A stretch of DNA of 32,517 nt. It comes from a candidate division WOR-3 bacterium (lineage in GTDB: Bacteria; Hydrothermota; Tepidihabitantia; SM23-42). The stretch is from NCBI GenBank assembly GCA_020343595.1, contig CP070802.1:1044814-1077330 (forward strand). Reading direction: 5' to 3'. Positions 1 to 8,981 of this stretch are shown one piece after another (the stretch's first letter is position 1; each line of letters opens with the position of its first letter). The notes below the pieces were generated by a model, which worked only from the letters and a program-made list of their open reading frames with translations, was not told where the DNA came from and did no database searches. The position numbers and the translations under genes were made by a program.

Positions 1-1
1 A

Positions 2-1537
2 AAGTATTACTCTCGTTCCCACGCTCAGTTCCTGGGTAAGCGCGTCACGATTAGAGGTAAGATTAGAAAAGCGAGGCGTGTTTCCAGATCGGCGGTGCTG
101 ACGGGAAGAATCGTCGAGTCAAGTGACCACGAACACATATTTGGATTCGTTTTCAGCCCGGTCCGGGTATATATCGACCGATTACTCAATAGCCTATTTG
201 AAGATGACCAGTACAGCATAGCCAGCGGTTTGACATTGGGGGGCAGCGGACGTCTGCGAGGTGAATTGAGGGAGGTCTTCAGTCGGGCCGGGACACTGCA
301 CGTACTTGCTGTATCAGGTTTGCATGTTGGCTTTGTTGGAGCATTCTTCGGTGCAGTGTTGCTCTTCATACCACTGGATTACCGGGTGAAATTCATCATC
401 GTTGTATGCGCGCTGCTTGTGTACGCAGGTGTGAGCGGGTTCCGTCCCAGTGTTTGCCGGGCAACTCTCATGGCTTTCCTCTTCGGATTGGCTCTGGTAT
501 CGCAGAGGAATGTCGAGAGCATGCATATCCTGAACATAACGGCAATTGTGTTTCTGGTATTCGACCCATTAATGTTATTTGATGTTGGTGCCCAGCTTTC
601 ATTCGCTGCGGTTTATGGCATACTTTATCTGTATCCGCGATTTGAGGATCGCATCATCGGAAAAGTACGCAGGCGACCGTGGAAGGTGATACTCAGGATG
701 ATGGCTGTGTCGTTATCCGCACAGCTTTTCGTGGCACCTTTGCTCATCTATTATTTCAACAGGTTACCGGTGTACGCAGTATTTGCTAATCTACTTGTCG
801 TACCACTCGCGTCGGTGGTGATATTCTTGCTCTTTCTCTGTTTTTCTGTGGGCTGGATATGTTCTGCTTTCGCCAGAATGATCGCAGTGCCGGCAGGTAT
901 CCTCATTTACGTCCTGAAGGCCTTCGCGAATTTCTTTGCTGCTCTTCCACTGTCCTCGTTGGAAATTAACGTGAGCCCTCTTTTTACGTTCCTAATCTAC
1001 TTTGTGGCATGGAAGAGAATAAGATTCCTGGTGCTTTGTATAATGTTGGTTCTTGCTTTCCTTCTTTCGATTGCCCGATCGGTCGATTGCCTGGTCGTGT
1101 GTGAATCACCGCGCGGGATTCTCATCGGGATGCCCGGCGACACAAAGATCTTATTGACCAAGAGGTTTTCCCACGCACAACGCGAATTTCTCCAGAAGCA
1201 CGGTGTTGATGTTCCGGACTATCTCATTGCAGAAAATGGGAGCCATTCTGCTAAATTGGGTTTTATCCAGTGGCCAGAGGACCTGCAATCGCTCGGATTT
1301 GAATACGGTGATCTCCAGATCGCGATCTGCGACCGATTACAGATAAGATACGGCAACTGCATGATGGAATATCCCCGGGTATATTTTGCGGGAAGAGCGG
1401 AAGGCGAAGAGATAAGGTACATGATTTCCAACGGCAGGACAAGCTATTTTGTTGAAGGACAATTATATAACACGGTCTTGGAACAGATGATCGTCGATCT
1501 GCGGACAACGATGGTCCGGATTAGATTACTTTTTTGA
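2..1537 (+). CDS. comEC: ComEC/Rec2 competence membrane protein, 5'-truncated by window edge
   Basis: Frame is open from base 2, upstream of the GTG at 95. Competence-domain motifs HVLAVSGLHVG, PSVCRA, QLSFAAV and NLLVVP; multiple TM segments. Confidence 0.9.
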   Translation, partial: KYYSRSHAQFLGKRVTIRGKIRKARRVSRSAVLTGRIVESSDHEHIFGFVFSPVRVYIDRLLNSLFEDDQYSIASGLTLGGSGRLRGELREVFSRAGTLHVLAVSGLHVGFVGAFFGAVLLFIPLDYRVKFIIVVCALLVYAGVSGFRPSVCRATLMAFLFGLALVSQRNVESMHILNITAIVFLVFDPLMLFDVGAQLSFAAVYGILYLYPRFEDRIIGKVRRRPWKVILRMMAVSLSAQLFVAPLLIYYFNRLPVYAVFANLLVVPLASVVIFLLFLCFSVGWICSAFARMIAVPAGILIYVLKAFANFFAALPLSSLEINVSPLFTFLIYFVAWKRIRFLVLCIMLVLAFLLSIARSVDCLVVCESPRGILIGMPGDTKILLTKRFSHAQREFLQKHGVDVPDYLIAENGSHSAKLGFIQWPEDLQSLGFEYGDLQIAICDRLQIRYGNCMMEYPRVYFAGRAEGEEIRYMISNGRTSYFVEGQLYNTVLEQMIVDLRTTMVRIRLLF

Positions 1538-1581
1538 TTATTATAAGGAAATGAATTAAACGATCTTAGTTTTGGTTCAAC

Positions 1582-3105
1582 TCATCCGAGGCTACCAACC
1601 GCTTTTTCAACCGCGTCGAGAATTTGGCACGATTTGACCAACTCTTTCATCTTGTTATGGTCGTCGTACAGTGGGCGGTCCTCATCGAGGTGCGCGACGT
1701 GCTTGCGTATTGTTTTTTTCGCGGTGGCGACACCCTTGCCAGGATTGAATTCACGGAAATCGAGGGCCTGCGCTGCGGCCATGAATTCGATTCCCAGAAT
1801 TCCATATGCATTATCGATGATCTGAAGGTTTTTGAGCGCGGTGTTCATCCCCATCGAAACGAAATCCTCCTGATCGGCGGCGGCAGGAATCGACATTGTC
1901 GCAGCCGGTGCAGAAAGAATACGCTGCTCAACGATTAATGTATCTGCGGTGTACTGGCTGAGCATCAATCCCGAGAACATACCGGCTCCTTTGGTGAGGA
2001 AGGCCGGCAAACCGACGCTGAGGTTCGGGTTCGTCATTCGATTCAAACGTCGCTCCGAGAGCACGCAGACCATTGTTACGGCCGCGCCGACCATTTCCAT
2101 GGGGAGCGATACGGGTGTACCCTGGAAGTTGGCACCGGTTATGGTTAATTTGTATTCAGGGAAGAATACCGGGTTGTCTCCGGCGCCGTTGAGTTCGATC
2201 TCGACCTGTTTTCTGGCATGGGTAAGCGCATCGTGCGCCGCACCAATAACCTGTGGTGATGAGCGCATTGAGTAGGCATCTTGAACTTTCATCTTGTGCT
2301 TGCCAGTCTGTAGATCACTGCCCTCGATGCATTTCATGATCGCCCGCGCAGATCTGACCGCGCCGGCAAACCCCCTGGCCTCGTGCAAACGGCTGTCGTA
2401 CGGTTTCAGGTTAGCAAGGAGCGCCTCGAGCGTCATGGCACAGGCGATTTCTGCTTGTTTGAGCCAACGATTGATATCGAAAAGTTGGAGGGCACTTATC
2501 GCGGTGATCAAATTGGACCCATTTATGCAGGAAAGACCATCGCGTGCCTGCAGTCCGGGGATTTCGATGCCTGCTTTTTCCATTGCGACCTTACCAGGTA
2601 AGCGTTGTCCTTTGTAGAATGCCTCTCCTTCTCCCATCATTAACAGGGCGATCTGAGACATCGGTGCGAGGTCACCGCACGCTCCTACCGAGCCTTTCTG
2701 ACAGACCACCGGTGTTACACCTTTGTTCAGCATTTCAACAAAGGTCAGCGGTATTTCGGGCCGGCATCCAGACATGCCTTTGCTCATGACATTTACCCGA
2801 CTGGCCATGGCACCACGTATGTGCTCGATCGGTGCTGGTTCACCAATCCCTGCGGCGTGATTGTATATCAAGTACCGCTGGAATTGCCTGACCTGCTCAT
2901 CGGTAAGCACCACCTCGGAGAGTTCGCCAATCCCGGTGTTGATGCCATACATGATTTCCTTTGCCTTGATCTTTTCCTCGATGAGAGCGCGGCACTCCTT
3001 GATCTTCTTTAGTGATTTCGGTGCGATCTCGACCTTTTCGTTGTTACGCGCGATATCAACAAGTTTTTCGATCGTCAAATGCTCACCATCCAACACGATT
3101 GCCAT
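1582..3105 (-). CDS. hutH: Histidine ammonia-lyase (MIO-dependent aromatic amino acid lyase family)
   Basis: YGINTGIG, GSVGACGDLAP (MIO region), QDAYSMR, GANFQG. HAL-type His in YNHAAG and HAL-type QED in DQEDFVSM. SD AAGGAG upstream. Confidence 0.85.
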   Translation of the reverse strand: MAIVLDGEHLTIEKLVDIARNNEKVEIAPKSLKKIKECRALIEEKIKAKEIMYGINTGIGELSEVVLTDEQVRQFQRYLIYNHAAGIGEPAPIEHIRGAMASRVNVMSKGMSGCRPEIPLTFVEMLNKGVTPVVCQKGSVGACGDLAPMSQIALLMMGEGEAFYKGQRLPGKVAMEKAGIEIPGLQARDGLSCINGSNLITAISALQLFDINRWLKQAEIACAMTLEALLANLKPYDSRLHEARGFAGAVRSARAIMKCIEGSDLQTGKHKMKVQDAYSMRSSPQVIGAAHDALTHARKQVEIELNGAGDNPVFFPEYKLTITGANFQGTPVSLPMEMVGAAVTMVCVLSERRLNRMTNPNLSVGLPAFLTKGAGMFSGLMLSQYTADTLIVEQRILSAPAATMSIPAAADQEDFVSMGMNTALKNLQIIDNAYGILGIEFMAAAQALDFREFNPGKGVATAKKTIRKHVAHLDEDRPLYDDHNKMKELVKSCQILDAVEKAVGSLG

Positions 3106-3178
3106 AGATTCTCCTTTTCATCTCCAACTAAAAGACATAGATTGCACAATGAACTTTCTTATTTTCACAGGATGTTAC

Positions 3179-3206
3179 ATACTAATCAGAATAGACCAAA
3201 AGTCAA
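3179..3206 (-). promoter_or_regulatory. Putative sigma70-type promoter of hutH
   Basis: TTGACT-N16-TAGTAT on the minus strand. Confidence 0.5.
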
Positions 3207-3269
3207 CCTTGTTGAGATAGTTATGAATTCCGAACATATCTTTTTTCGATCGGAGGGTGTGATGTGTGC

Positions 3270-3298
3270 TTGACGCATGTCCGATTGGACGCTATACT
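3270..3298 (+). promoter_or_regulatory. Putative sigma70-type promoter of the radical SAM gene
   Basis: TTGACG-N17-TATACT, ending 5 nt before ATG 3304. Confidence 0.65.
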
Positions 3299-3303
3299 CT
3301 TCC

Positions 3304-4341
3304 ATGCGTTGCGAATCGTGCGGAAAAGAGCGGTCTTTGTCGAAGACGATGCCTTATTGTTCCGACTGTATCCGTGATCGGTTTGGGGAAATGGAGAAGG
3401 ATATCCTCAAGATCCATGGCAGGACGAGAAAAGAATTTGGGCTGCCGCCGGTAGCGCCTGATAGCAGCACCGGAATTGAATGCTCTATGTGTGTCAATGG
3501 ATGTCGTATCGCAGAAGGTGAATTCGGATATTGCGGTGTGCGGCAGAACACCGGCAGCAGGATCGTGGGTCCGGATGAGAACTGGGTTTACGCCGATTGG
3601 TACCACGATCCACTACCGACAAATTGCGTTGCCGACTGGGTATGTAGTGGCAGTAAGGATCATGGTTTCACCAATCTGGCAATCTTCTATGAGGCTTGCA
3701 CTTTCAACTGTCTTTTCTGCCAGAACTGGCACTACCGCGAGCGTAAGACCAAGACCAAGGCCGAAGATCTCCTGCGGGCGGTTGATGCTACAACCGGCTG
3801 TGTCTGTTTCTTTGGCGGTGATCCAACACCATTCGTTCGGCATAGCCTGAAATTCGCAGAACAACTTCGGGAGCGAAGAAGAAAACTTAGAATCTGCTGG
3901 GAGACCAACGGTTCGATTTCGCCTGATCTGATGGAGAGATGCGTTGACCTTGCCCTTGTTACAGATGGTTGTATCAAGATCGATCTCAAGGCCCGAAACG
4001 AGCATCTCAACATCGCATTGTGCGGCACATCGAATGCAAATACGCTGTTGAATATCGAACTGTGCGCAAAATCCATGACGAAGAGAGAAAAACCGCCTCT
4101 CTTGGTAGTGAGCACATTGCTAATACCCGGGTATATCGACGAAACAGAAATACGTTCGATGGCGCAGTTCCTCAGTTCGGTAGACCCTGATATACCCTGG
4201 TCATTCCTTGGCTTTTACCCTCATTTTCGTTTCAATGACATGCCGTGCACTGCACATCAACAGGCCGACATGGCACTGTCTATAGCCAACAGTTACGGCA
4301 TAAAGAATACACATCTGGGAAACTTGCACCTATTGCAGTAA
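3304..4341 (+). CDS. Radical SAM protein, PflA/AmmeMemoRadiSam-like, with extra N-terminal Cys motifs
   Basis: CTFNCLFCQNW (CxxxCxxC), GGDP, ETNG, IDLK, CSMCVNGC...GYCGVR, plus N-terminal CESC...CSDC. Start moved from 3277 to 3304 because the promoter overlaps 3277. Confidence 0.8.
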   Translation: MRCESCGKERSLSKTMPYCSDCIRDRFGEMEKDILKIHGRTRKEFGLPPVAPDSSTGIECSMCVNGCRIAEGEFGYCGVRQNTGSRIVGPDENWVYADWYHDPLPTNCVADWVCSGSKDHGFTNLAIFYEACTFNCLFCQNWHYRERKTKTKAEDLLRAVDATTGCVCFFGGDPTPFVRHSLKFAEQLRERRRKLRICWETNGSISPDLMERCVDLALVTDGCIKIDLKARNEHLNIALCGTSNANTLLNIELCAKSMTKREKPPLLVVSTLLIPGYIDETEIRSMAQFLSSVDPDIPWSFLGFYPHFRFNDMPCTAHQQADMALSIANSYGIKNTHLGNLHLLQ

Positions 4342-4442
4342 TTGTGTAGTCACGGTTTCGCCCTGCTGTGTAGATTGCTCAAATCACATTAAACAATATA
4401 TTGGAAAAGTCGGGACATGCGGATGTGCGGGGCAAATAACCA

Positions 4443-4476
4443 TTGATTACGATTGAATTCAGTGTATACTGAGTTC
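4443..4476 (+). promoter_or_regulatory. Putative promoter of the flippase, with overlapping near-palindrome
   Basis: TTGATT(4443)-N16-TATACT(4465); GAATTCAGTGTATACTGAGTTC (4455-4476) is a 22-bp near-palindrome. Confidence 0.45.
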
Positions 4477-4485
4477 GTAAATATA

Positions 4486-5892
4486 ATGAAGAAAATATCG
4501 AGAAATCTTCTCGCAGTGTTTTTCAGTGACGGCATAACCCGTATCATCGGTTTTGCAGCGACAGTCTACATAGCGCGGTTGCTGGCGGTCGAAGGTTTTG
4601 GCTTGATAAATTTCGGGCTGGCTTTTATCAGCTACGCGCTGTTGTTCGCCAACCCCGGCTTGACCGTTATCGGTGCTCGCGAGGTCGCAAAGGATACGAG
4701 CGACCGTCGTTTCATCGAGGAGGTTCTTGGTTTACGTCTATTATTGGCCCTTGCCGTTTTCATTGTTCTCATCGCAGGAACGTTCTTCATCGCGCATGAA
4801 GGTACGACCAAGCAGATCATTCTCGTCTACTCGCTTACGTTGTTCCCTTTTGCTGTACTGCTGGAGTTTGTATTTCAGGGCAGGGAAGAGATGGTCTATA
4901 TTGGCATCAGTCGTATTCTCCAGTATGCCGTGTATCTGGTCATTATTGTCATTTTCGTAAGGAGCACGCGTGATATTCTTATCGTTCCACTCTCCTTCGT
5001 TATTGGATATGTAGTGTCGGCACTATTTCTACTGGTCATTTATATCAAGAAATACCGGTCGTTCAGACTCCGTTTTTCTCTATCACATTGGCGCTTGATT
5101 CTGGCGGCATCTATCCCGGTGGGGCTGGCCATCATCTTCAATCAGGTGACGATAAGTCTGCCGCCGATCGTCCTCGGTTTGCTCAAGACCAGCTATCATG
5201 TCGGTGTCTTCAGCGCAGCCTACAAGGTCGTCTTTACTTTGTTGATAATAGAAAGAGTGTTCTACTATGTTTTCTTCCCGGTGCTCTCCAGACAATACGC
5301 AGATAGCCCGGAAAAACTTAAGAGCAATTTCTCGTTTCTGACCAGATTTCTCTTCGCACTCACCATTCCGCTGTCGCTCGGCGGATTGGTGCTCGCGCCA
5401 GGCGTTGTCGATTTTATATTTGGCCAGGCGTTTCATGAAGCCACGAATGTATTACGCGTTCTACTGCTCTATTTCATGATCGTACCGATCAATACGATCT
5501 ATGGCTACGGATTGATCGCAATAGATAGAGAAAAGCAATTCTCCAGGATCATCACAGTGACTGCGGTTATCAGCGGGGTGTTGATCGTCTTGTTGGGTTG
5601 GCAATTTGGCTTCTACGGCGCCGCACTTGCGCTGCTGATCAGCGAATCGCTCAGCATCTATCTTATGCACCGGGCCTTGAAGCGGGTCGTTCAGTTCGAA
5701 AGCGTGCGGCATACTCTGAAACCACTGGCTGCGGCGATCGTGATGGTCGTTGTTTTGTACCTCGTACAGTCCTGGCATTTATTCACGGCGATCACAGCCG
5801 GTGTCAGTGTTTACCTTGCAGTGTTCTATCTGATCAGGGGATTCACCGTAGAGGATCTGATGAATATCAGGAAGATGTTCAGATCGCGGTAG
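4486..5892 (+). CDS. Wzx-like oligosaccharide flippase (MOP superfamily)
   Basis: Many hydrophobic segments; IARLLAVEGFG, GLTVIGAREVA, VGVFSAAYK and FFPVLSR motifs typical of polysaccharide flippases. ATG 4486 preferred over TTG 4453. Confidence 0.85.
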   Translation: MKKISRNLLAVFFSDGITRIIGFAATVYIARLLAVEGFGLINFGLAFISYALLFANPGLTVIGAREVAKDTSDRRFIEEVLGLRLLLALAVFIVLIAGTFFIAHEGTTKQIILVYSLTLFPFAVLLEFVFQGREEMVYIGISRILQYAVYLVIIVIFVRSTRDILIVPLSFVIGYVVSALFLLVIYIKKYRSFRLRFSLSHWRLILAASIPVGLAIIFNQVTISLPPIVLGLLKTSYHVGVFSAAYKVVFTLLIIERVFYYVFFPVLSRQYADSPEKLKSNFSFLTRFLFALTIPLSLGGLVLAPGVVDFIFGQAFHEATNVLRVLLLYFMIVPINTIYGYGLIAIDREKQFSRIITVTAVISGVLIVLLGWQFGFYGAALALLISESLSIYLMHRALKRVVQFESVRHTLKPLAAAIVMVVVLYLVQSWHLFTAITAGVSVYLAVFYLIRGFTVEDLMNIRKMFRSR

Positions 5893-5916
5893 GCGAGGCG
5901 GTTATCGACTGCATTT

Positions 5917-5949
5917 AAAAGAAAGAGGGCTGCCAGGGGCAGCCCTCTT
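5917..5949. terminator. Intrinsic terminator between convergent flippase and lipoprotein genes
   Basis: AAGAGGGCTGCC-agg-GGCAGCCCTCTT 12-bp stem; T-rich tail on the minus strand. Confidence 0.85.
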
Positions 5950-5972
5950 GCATCTTATCTTTACTGCTAATT

Positions 5973-6590
5973 CTACTGAATCGTACTGCTGACCAATTCT
6001 TTGGTTAATTCGGTTGTCATCGCCGGCGTCAGCGTGATCATGTGATACCTGACAATGCCGACTCCTTCGGCAAACCAGTTGTCCTGGGTCTGGCCAAGCG
6101 ATGTAAATCTGACATCCCAGCAGTCTGAGTATGTTCCAGCGGGAACCGTTATGTCATCCTGTCCGAGTACTTCAGCCGTGAGCGTGTCGGTGGTGTCTGC
6201 GTATACGGTCCACGTGCTGCCTTGTTCAAAGGGGAAGACCAGGCCTGTGTCCGGGTCAGTATCCGCGAGGTCATTATATATGAGCATGCGGTCTCCGTCC
6301 GATAGAAGGTAGGTTGTGTCAACGTGATCTGTCATGGTCGTGTCGTCCCAGAGTGTGGTCGTAACCTGTTCCAGTACATCGATGTTACTATTGAGGATCG
6401 TTTCCCGCGTGATCTCGGTCGTTGACGTACCGGTGTACTGAGTCGTGTCAGTCGTCATGATCATTCTGTATACGATGTTATAGTTCCATATGTTGCCGAC
6501 CGCAAGCGGGAAGTAATTTTCGCCATCACTCTCGCCGTTGCAGCTTACTATCAATGCCATTAGCGGCAGTAACCAGATCAGTTTTTTCAC
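5973..6590 (-). CDS. Putative lipoprotein, predicted beta-rich, paralog of 6734..7321
   Basis: GTG start with AAGGAG SD; MKK + hydrophobic stretch + IVSC lipobox; YFPLAVGNIWNY and ITVPAGTY..C..V...WFAEGVGIV motifs. Confidence 0.8.
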   Translation of the reverse strand: MKKLIWLLPLMALIVSCNGESDGENYFPLAVGNIWNYNIVYRMIMTTDTTQYTGTSTTEITRETILNSNIDVLEQVTTTLWDDTTMTDHVDTTYLLSDGDRMLIYNDLADTDPDTGLVFPFEQGSTWTVYADTTDTLTAEVLGQDDITVPAGTYSDCWDVRFTSLGQTQDNWFAEGVGIVRYHMITLTPAMTTELTKELVSSTIQ

Positions 6591-6623
6591 TATGTCTCCT
6601 TTCGTTGTAGTATATGAGCGGTA

Positions 6624-6651
6624 AGTATACAGAAATAAACGATATAGTCAA
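6624..6651 (-). promoter_or_regulatory. Putative promoter of lipoprotein 5973..6590
   Basis: TTGACT-N16-TATACT. Confidence 0.65.
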
Positions 6652-6733
6652 TACGTGTCGGGGCTTGAATGCTCTCGTAAATTGCCAACGAAATGCACAA
6701 TCTGTATTATCCAGGACAATTCGCAACGATGTC

Positions 6734-7321
6734 TTAGCGCCTTGTAAAATCTGTGAGTTCCTTCAAGAATTCGCTGGTGCTGCCGACGAAATGATGCTTG
6801 ATGAGTCCGATGCCGGGCGCAAGCCAGCTGTGGCCCGTGGCATTCAAACCTGTGTACTCAACGTGCCAGCAGTCATTGAATGTATGAGCGTGAACAATGA
6901 CGTCCTCAATGCCTACCGCCTCCCCGGTCATGTCCCCCCAGGGTTCGGTGCGCACGGTCCAGAGATTTCCGAGAACAAGGGGCAACACAAATAATGTGTC
7001 AGGCTCAGAATCATTGAGGTCGCTATAGAAAAGAACATTTCCATCCGTTTCCTGTATGTAAGAGGTGTCAAGCCAGGCCGTTGTTGCTGTGTCATCCCAT
7101 TCCGTAGATGTAACCTGCTCGAATAATACGCCATGGGGTGATGAGACCTCAGCAGTGATCGTTGAGATCTGGACCCCGGTGATCGTTAGTGTATCAATTT
7201 GGGTCACAGCGTACTCCCATTGGAGTCCAACTGCCAGCGGATGATAGTCCTCGTCGTCCTCCTCATTGCCGCAGCCAATAAGCAATATGGCTGCGACCAT
7301 CAACAAGAAATATTCCTTCAT
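6734..7321 (-). CDS. Putative lipoprotein, paralog of 5973..6590
   Basis: GGGAGGA SD before ATG 7321; LIGC lipobox; YHPLAVGLQWEY and WLAPGIGLI align with the neighbouring gene. Confidence 0.8.
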   Translation of the reverse strand: MKEYFLLMVAAILLIGCGNEEDDEDYHPLAVGLQWEYAVTQIDTLTITGVQISTITAEVSSPHGVLFEQVTSTEWDDTATTAWLDTSYIQETDGNVLFYSDLNDSEPDTLFVLPLVLGNLWTVRTEPWGDMTGEAVGIEDVIVHAHTFNDCWHVEYTGLNATGHSWLAPGIGLIKHHFVGSTSEFLKELTDFTRR

Positions 7322-7351
7322 TGTCAGTCCTCCCATTTTTTATCATAGAGT

Positions 7352-7412
7352 AATATATAGGCAGGCCGGAAGTTGTCAATCATGTTGACTTTGCCAAAAA
7401 AATCCATATAAT
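7352..7412. promoter_or_regulatory. Back-to-back divergent promoters (lipoprotein / ALDH operon)
   Basis: Minus: TTGACA(7379-7374)-N16-TATATT. Plus: TTGACT(7385)-N16-TATAAT(7407). Confidence 0.7.
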
Positions 7413-7491
7413 ATAGGCGAGTTTTATACTGTCGTTCCTGGCGATTTCAGGCTAATTTTATCCGCAAAAATTACTATAAACAGGAGGATTT

Positions 7492-8979
7492 ATGAAGAAA
7501 TACCAGAATCTTATTAACGGAAAATTGATGGACTCCAAATCGGGGCGTACATTTGAGAACCGTAATCCTGCGAACTGGGACGAAGTCGTCGGTGTGTTCC
7601 CCAAATCCAATATTGACGATCTAAATCTTGCCATTGCTGCAGCAAAAAAAGCATTCAAGAAATGGCGCGCCGTTCCGTGGCCCAAGCGATCTGAGATAAT
7701 GCGCCGCGCCGCGGAGATCATGGTTGAGAAGAAGGAACATGTTGCCCAGATCATGACCCGTGAGATGGGGAAGGTTATCAAAGAAACCAGGGGAGATATG
7801 CAGGAGGGTATTGACACGGCATTGTATGCCGGGATAGAAGGGAGGAAGTACTTTGGATACACCCTACCTTCGGAGTTGCCCGATAAATCGTGCATGACCA
7901 TACGCGATCCGATGGGGGTCTGGGGGTTGATCACGCCGTGGAATTTTCCGATCGCCATCCCTTCATGGAAGATATTTCCTTGTTTACTGAGTGGCAACAC
8001 GGCAATCATAAAGCCCGCTACATATACTCCAGCTTGCGTCGGCGAGCTTGCACAGATCCTGCAGGAAGCAGGTTTGCCAGATGGCGTTCTAAATGTGGTA
8101 TACGGTGGCGGCAGCGAGATCGGTGAAGGTCTATTGAACCATGCGGACATTGCCGGCATATCATTCACCGGTTCATCCGATATTGGAAGCAGGATCGGTG
8201 AGGTCTGCGGCAAGACCCTGAAGCGGTGCTCCCTTGAGCTCGGCGGTAAGAACGGACAGGTCGTACTCAAGGACGCCAATCTGGAACTTGCCCTCGAGGG
8301 TGTGCTCTGGGGTGCTTTTGGCACAACCGGCCAGCGTTGTACCGCGACATCAAGATTGATAGTCGAAGAACCCGTTTACGACAAGTTCGTTGAGATGCTC
8401 AAGGCCCGGACCGAAAAGCTGAGGCTCGGCAATGGTTTGAACGAAGATGTGGATGTCGGTCCGACCGTGAGCGAGTCACAGCGCGAATCGGTTCATGCCT
8501 ACGTTGAGATCGGTAAGAAAGAGGGCGCCAAAATGATCACCGGCGGTGTGCCGTATACTGAAGGAGAATGTGCCAAGGGATGGTTCTACAAACCAACGAT
8601 ATTCATCGATGTATTGCCAAATATGAGGATTGCTCAGGAAGAGATCTTCGGACCAGTACTCTCGGTCATAAAGGCCAGGAACTTCGAAGATGCGATCGAC
8701 ATACTCAACGGCACTGTATACGGTCTTTCATCGAGCATTTACACCAATGATCTGAATCTCGCGCACAAGGCGATCGAACTTGCCGAAACGGGTATCGTAT
8801 ACATAAACGCACCGACGATCGGCGCTGAGTGTCACCTTCCATTCGGCGGTATGAAACATACCGGCAATGGCCACCGTGAGGGCGGCTGGACCGCATACGA
8901 GATATTCACCGAGATAAAAACAATCTATATCGACTATTCGAACAAGTTACAGAAGGCTCAGATAGACACATGGGATTGA
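7492..8979 (+). CDS. NAD(P)+-dependent aldehyde dehydrogenase
   Basis: ITPWNFP, FTGS, LELGGKN (catalytic Glu), GQRCTA (catalytic Cys), EEIFGPV, PFGG; AGGAGG SD. Confidence 0.95.
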   Translation: MKKYQNLINGKLMDSKSGRTFENRNPANWDEVVGVFPKSNIDDLNLAIAAAKKAFKKWRAVPWPKRSEIMRRAAEIMVEKKEHVAQIMTREMGKVIKETRGDMQEGIDTALYAGIEGRKYFGYTLPSELPDKSCMTIRDPMGVWGLITPWNFPIAIPSWKIFPCLLSGNTAIIKPATYTPACVGELAQILQEAGLPDGVLNVVYGGGSEIGEGLLNHADIAGISFTGSSDIGSRIGEVCGKTLKRCSLELGGKNGQVVLKDANLELALEGVLWGAFGTTGQRCTATSRLIVEEPVYDKFVEMLKARTEKLRLGNGLNEDVDVGPTVSESQRESVHAYVEIGKKEGAKMITGGVPYTEGECAKGWFYKPTIFIDVLPNMRIAQEEIFGPVLSVIKARNFEDAIDILNGTVYGLSSSIYTNDLNLAHKAIELAETGIVYINAPTIGAECHLPFGGMKHTGNGHREGGWTAYEIFTEIKTIYIDYSNKLQKAQIDTWD

Positions 8980-8981
8980 GA

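Noticed and set aside
7458-8324. 288-aa antisense ORF, and similar shadow ORFs such as 11829..12548, 13506..14075, 24276..24839
   Set aside because: They lie opposite well-supported genes and have no motifs or SD; typical antisense open frames.
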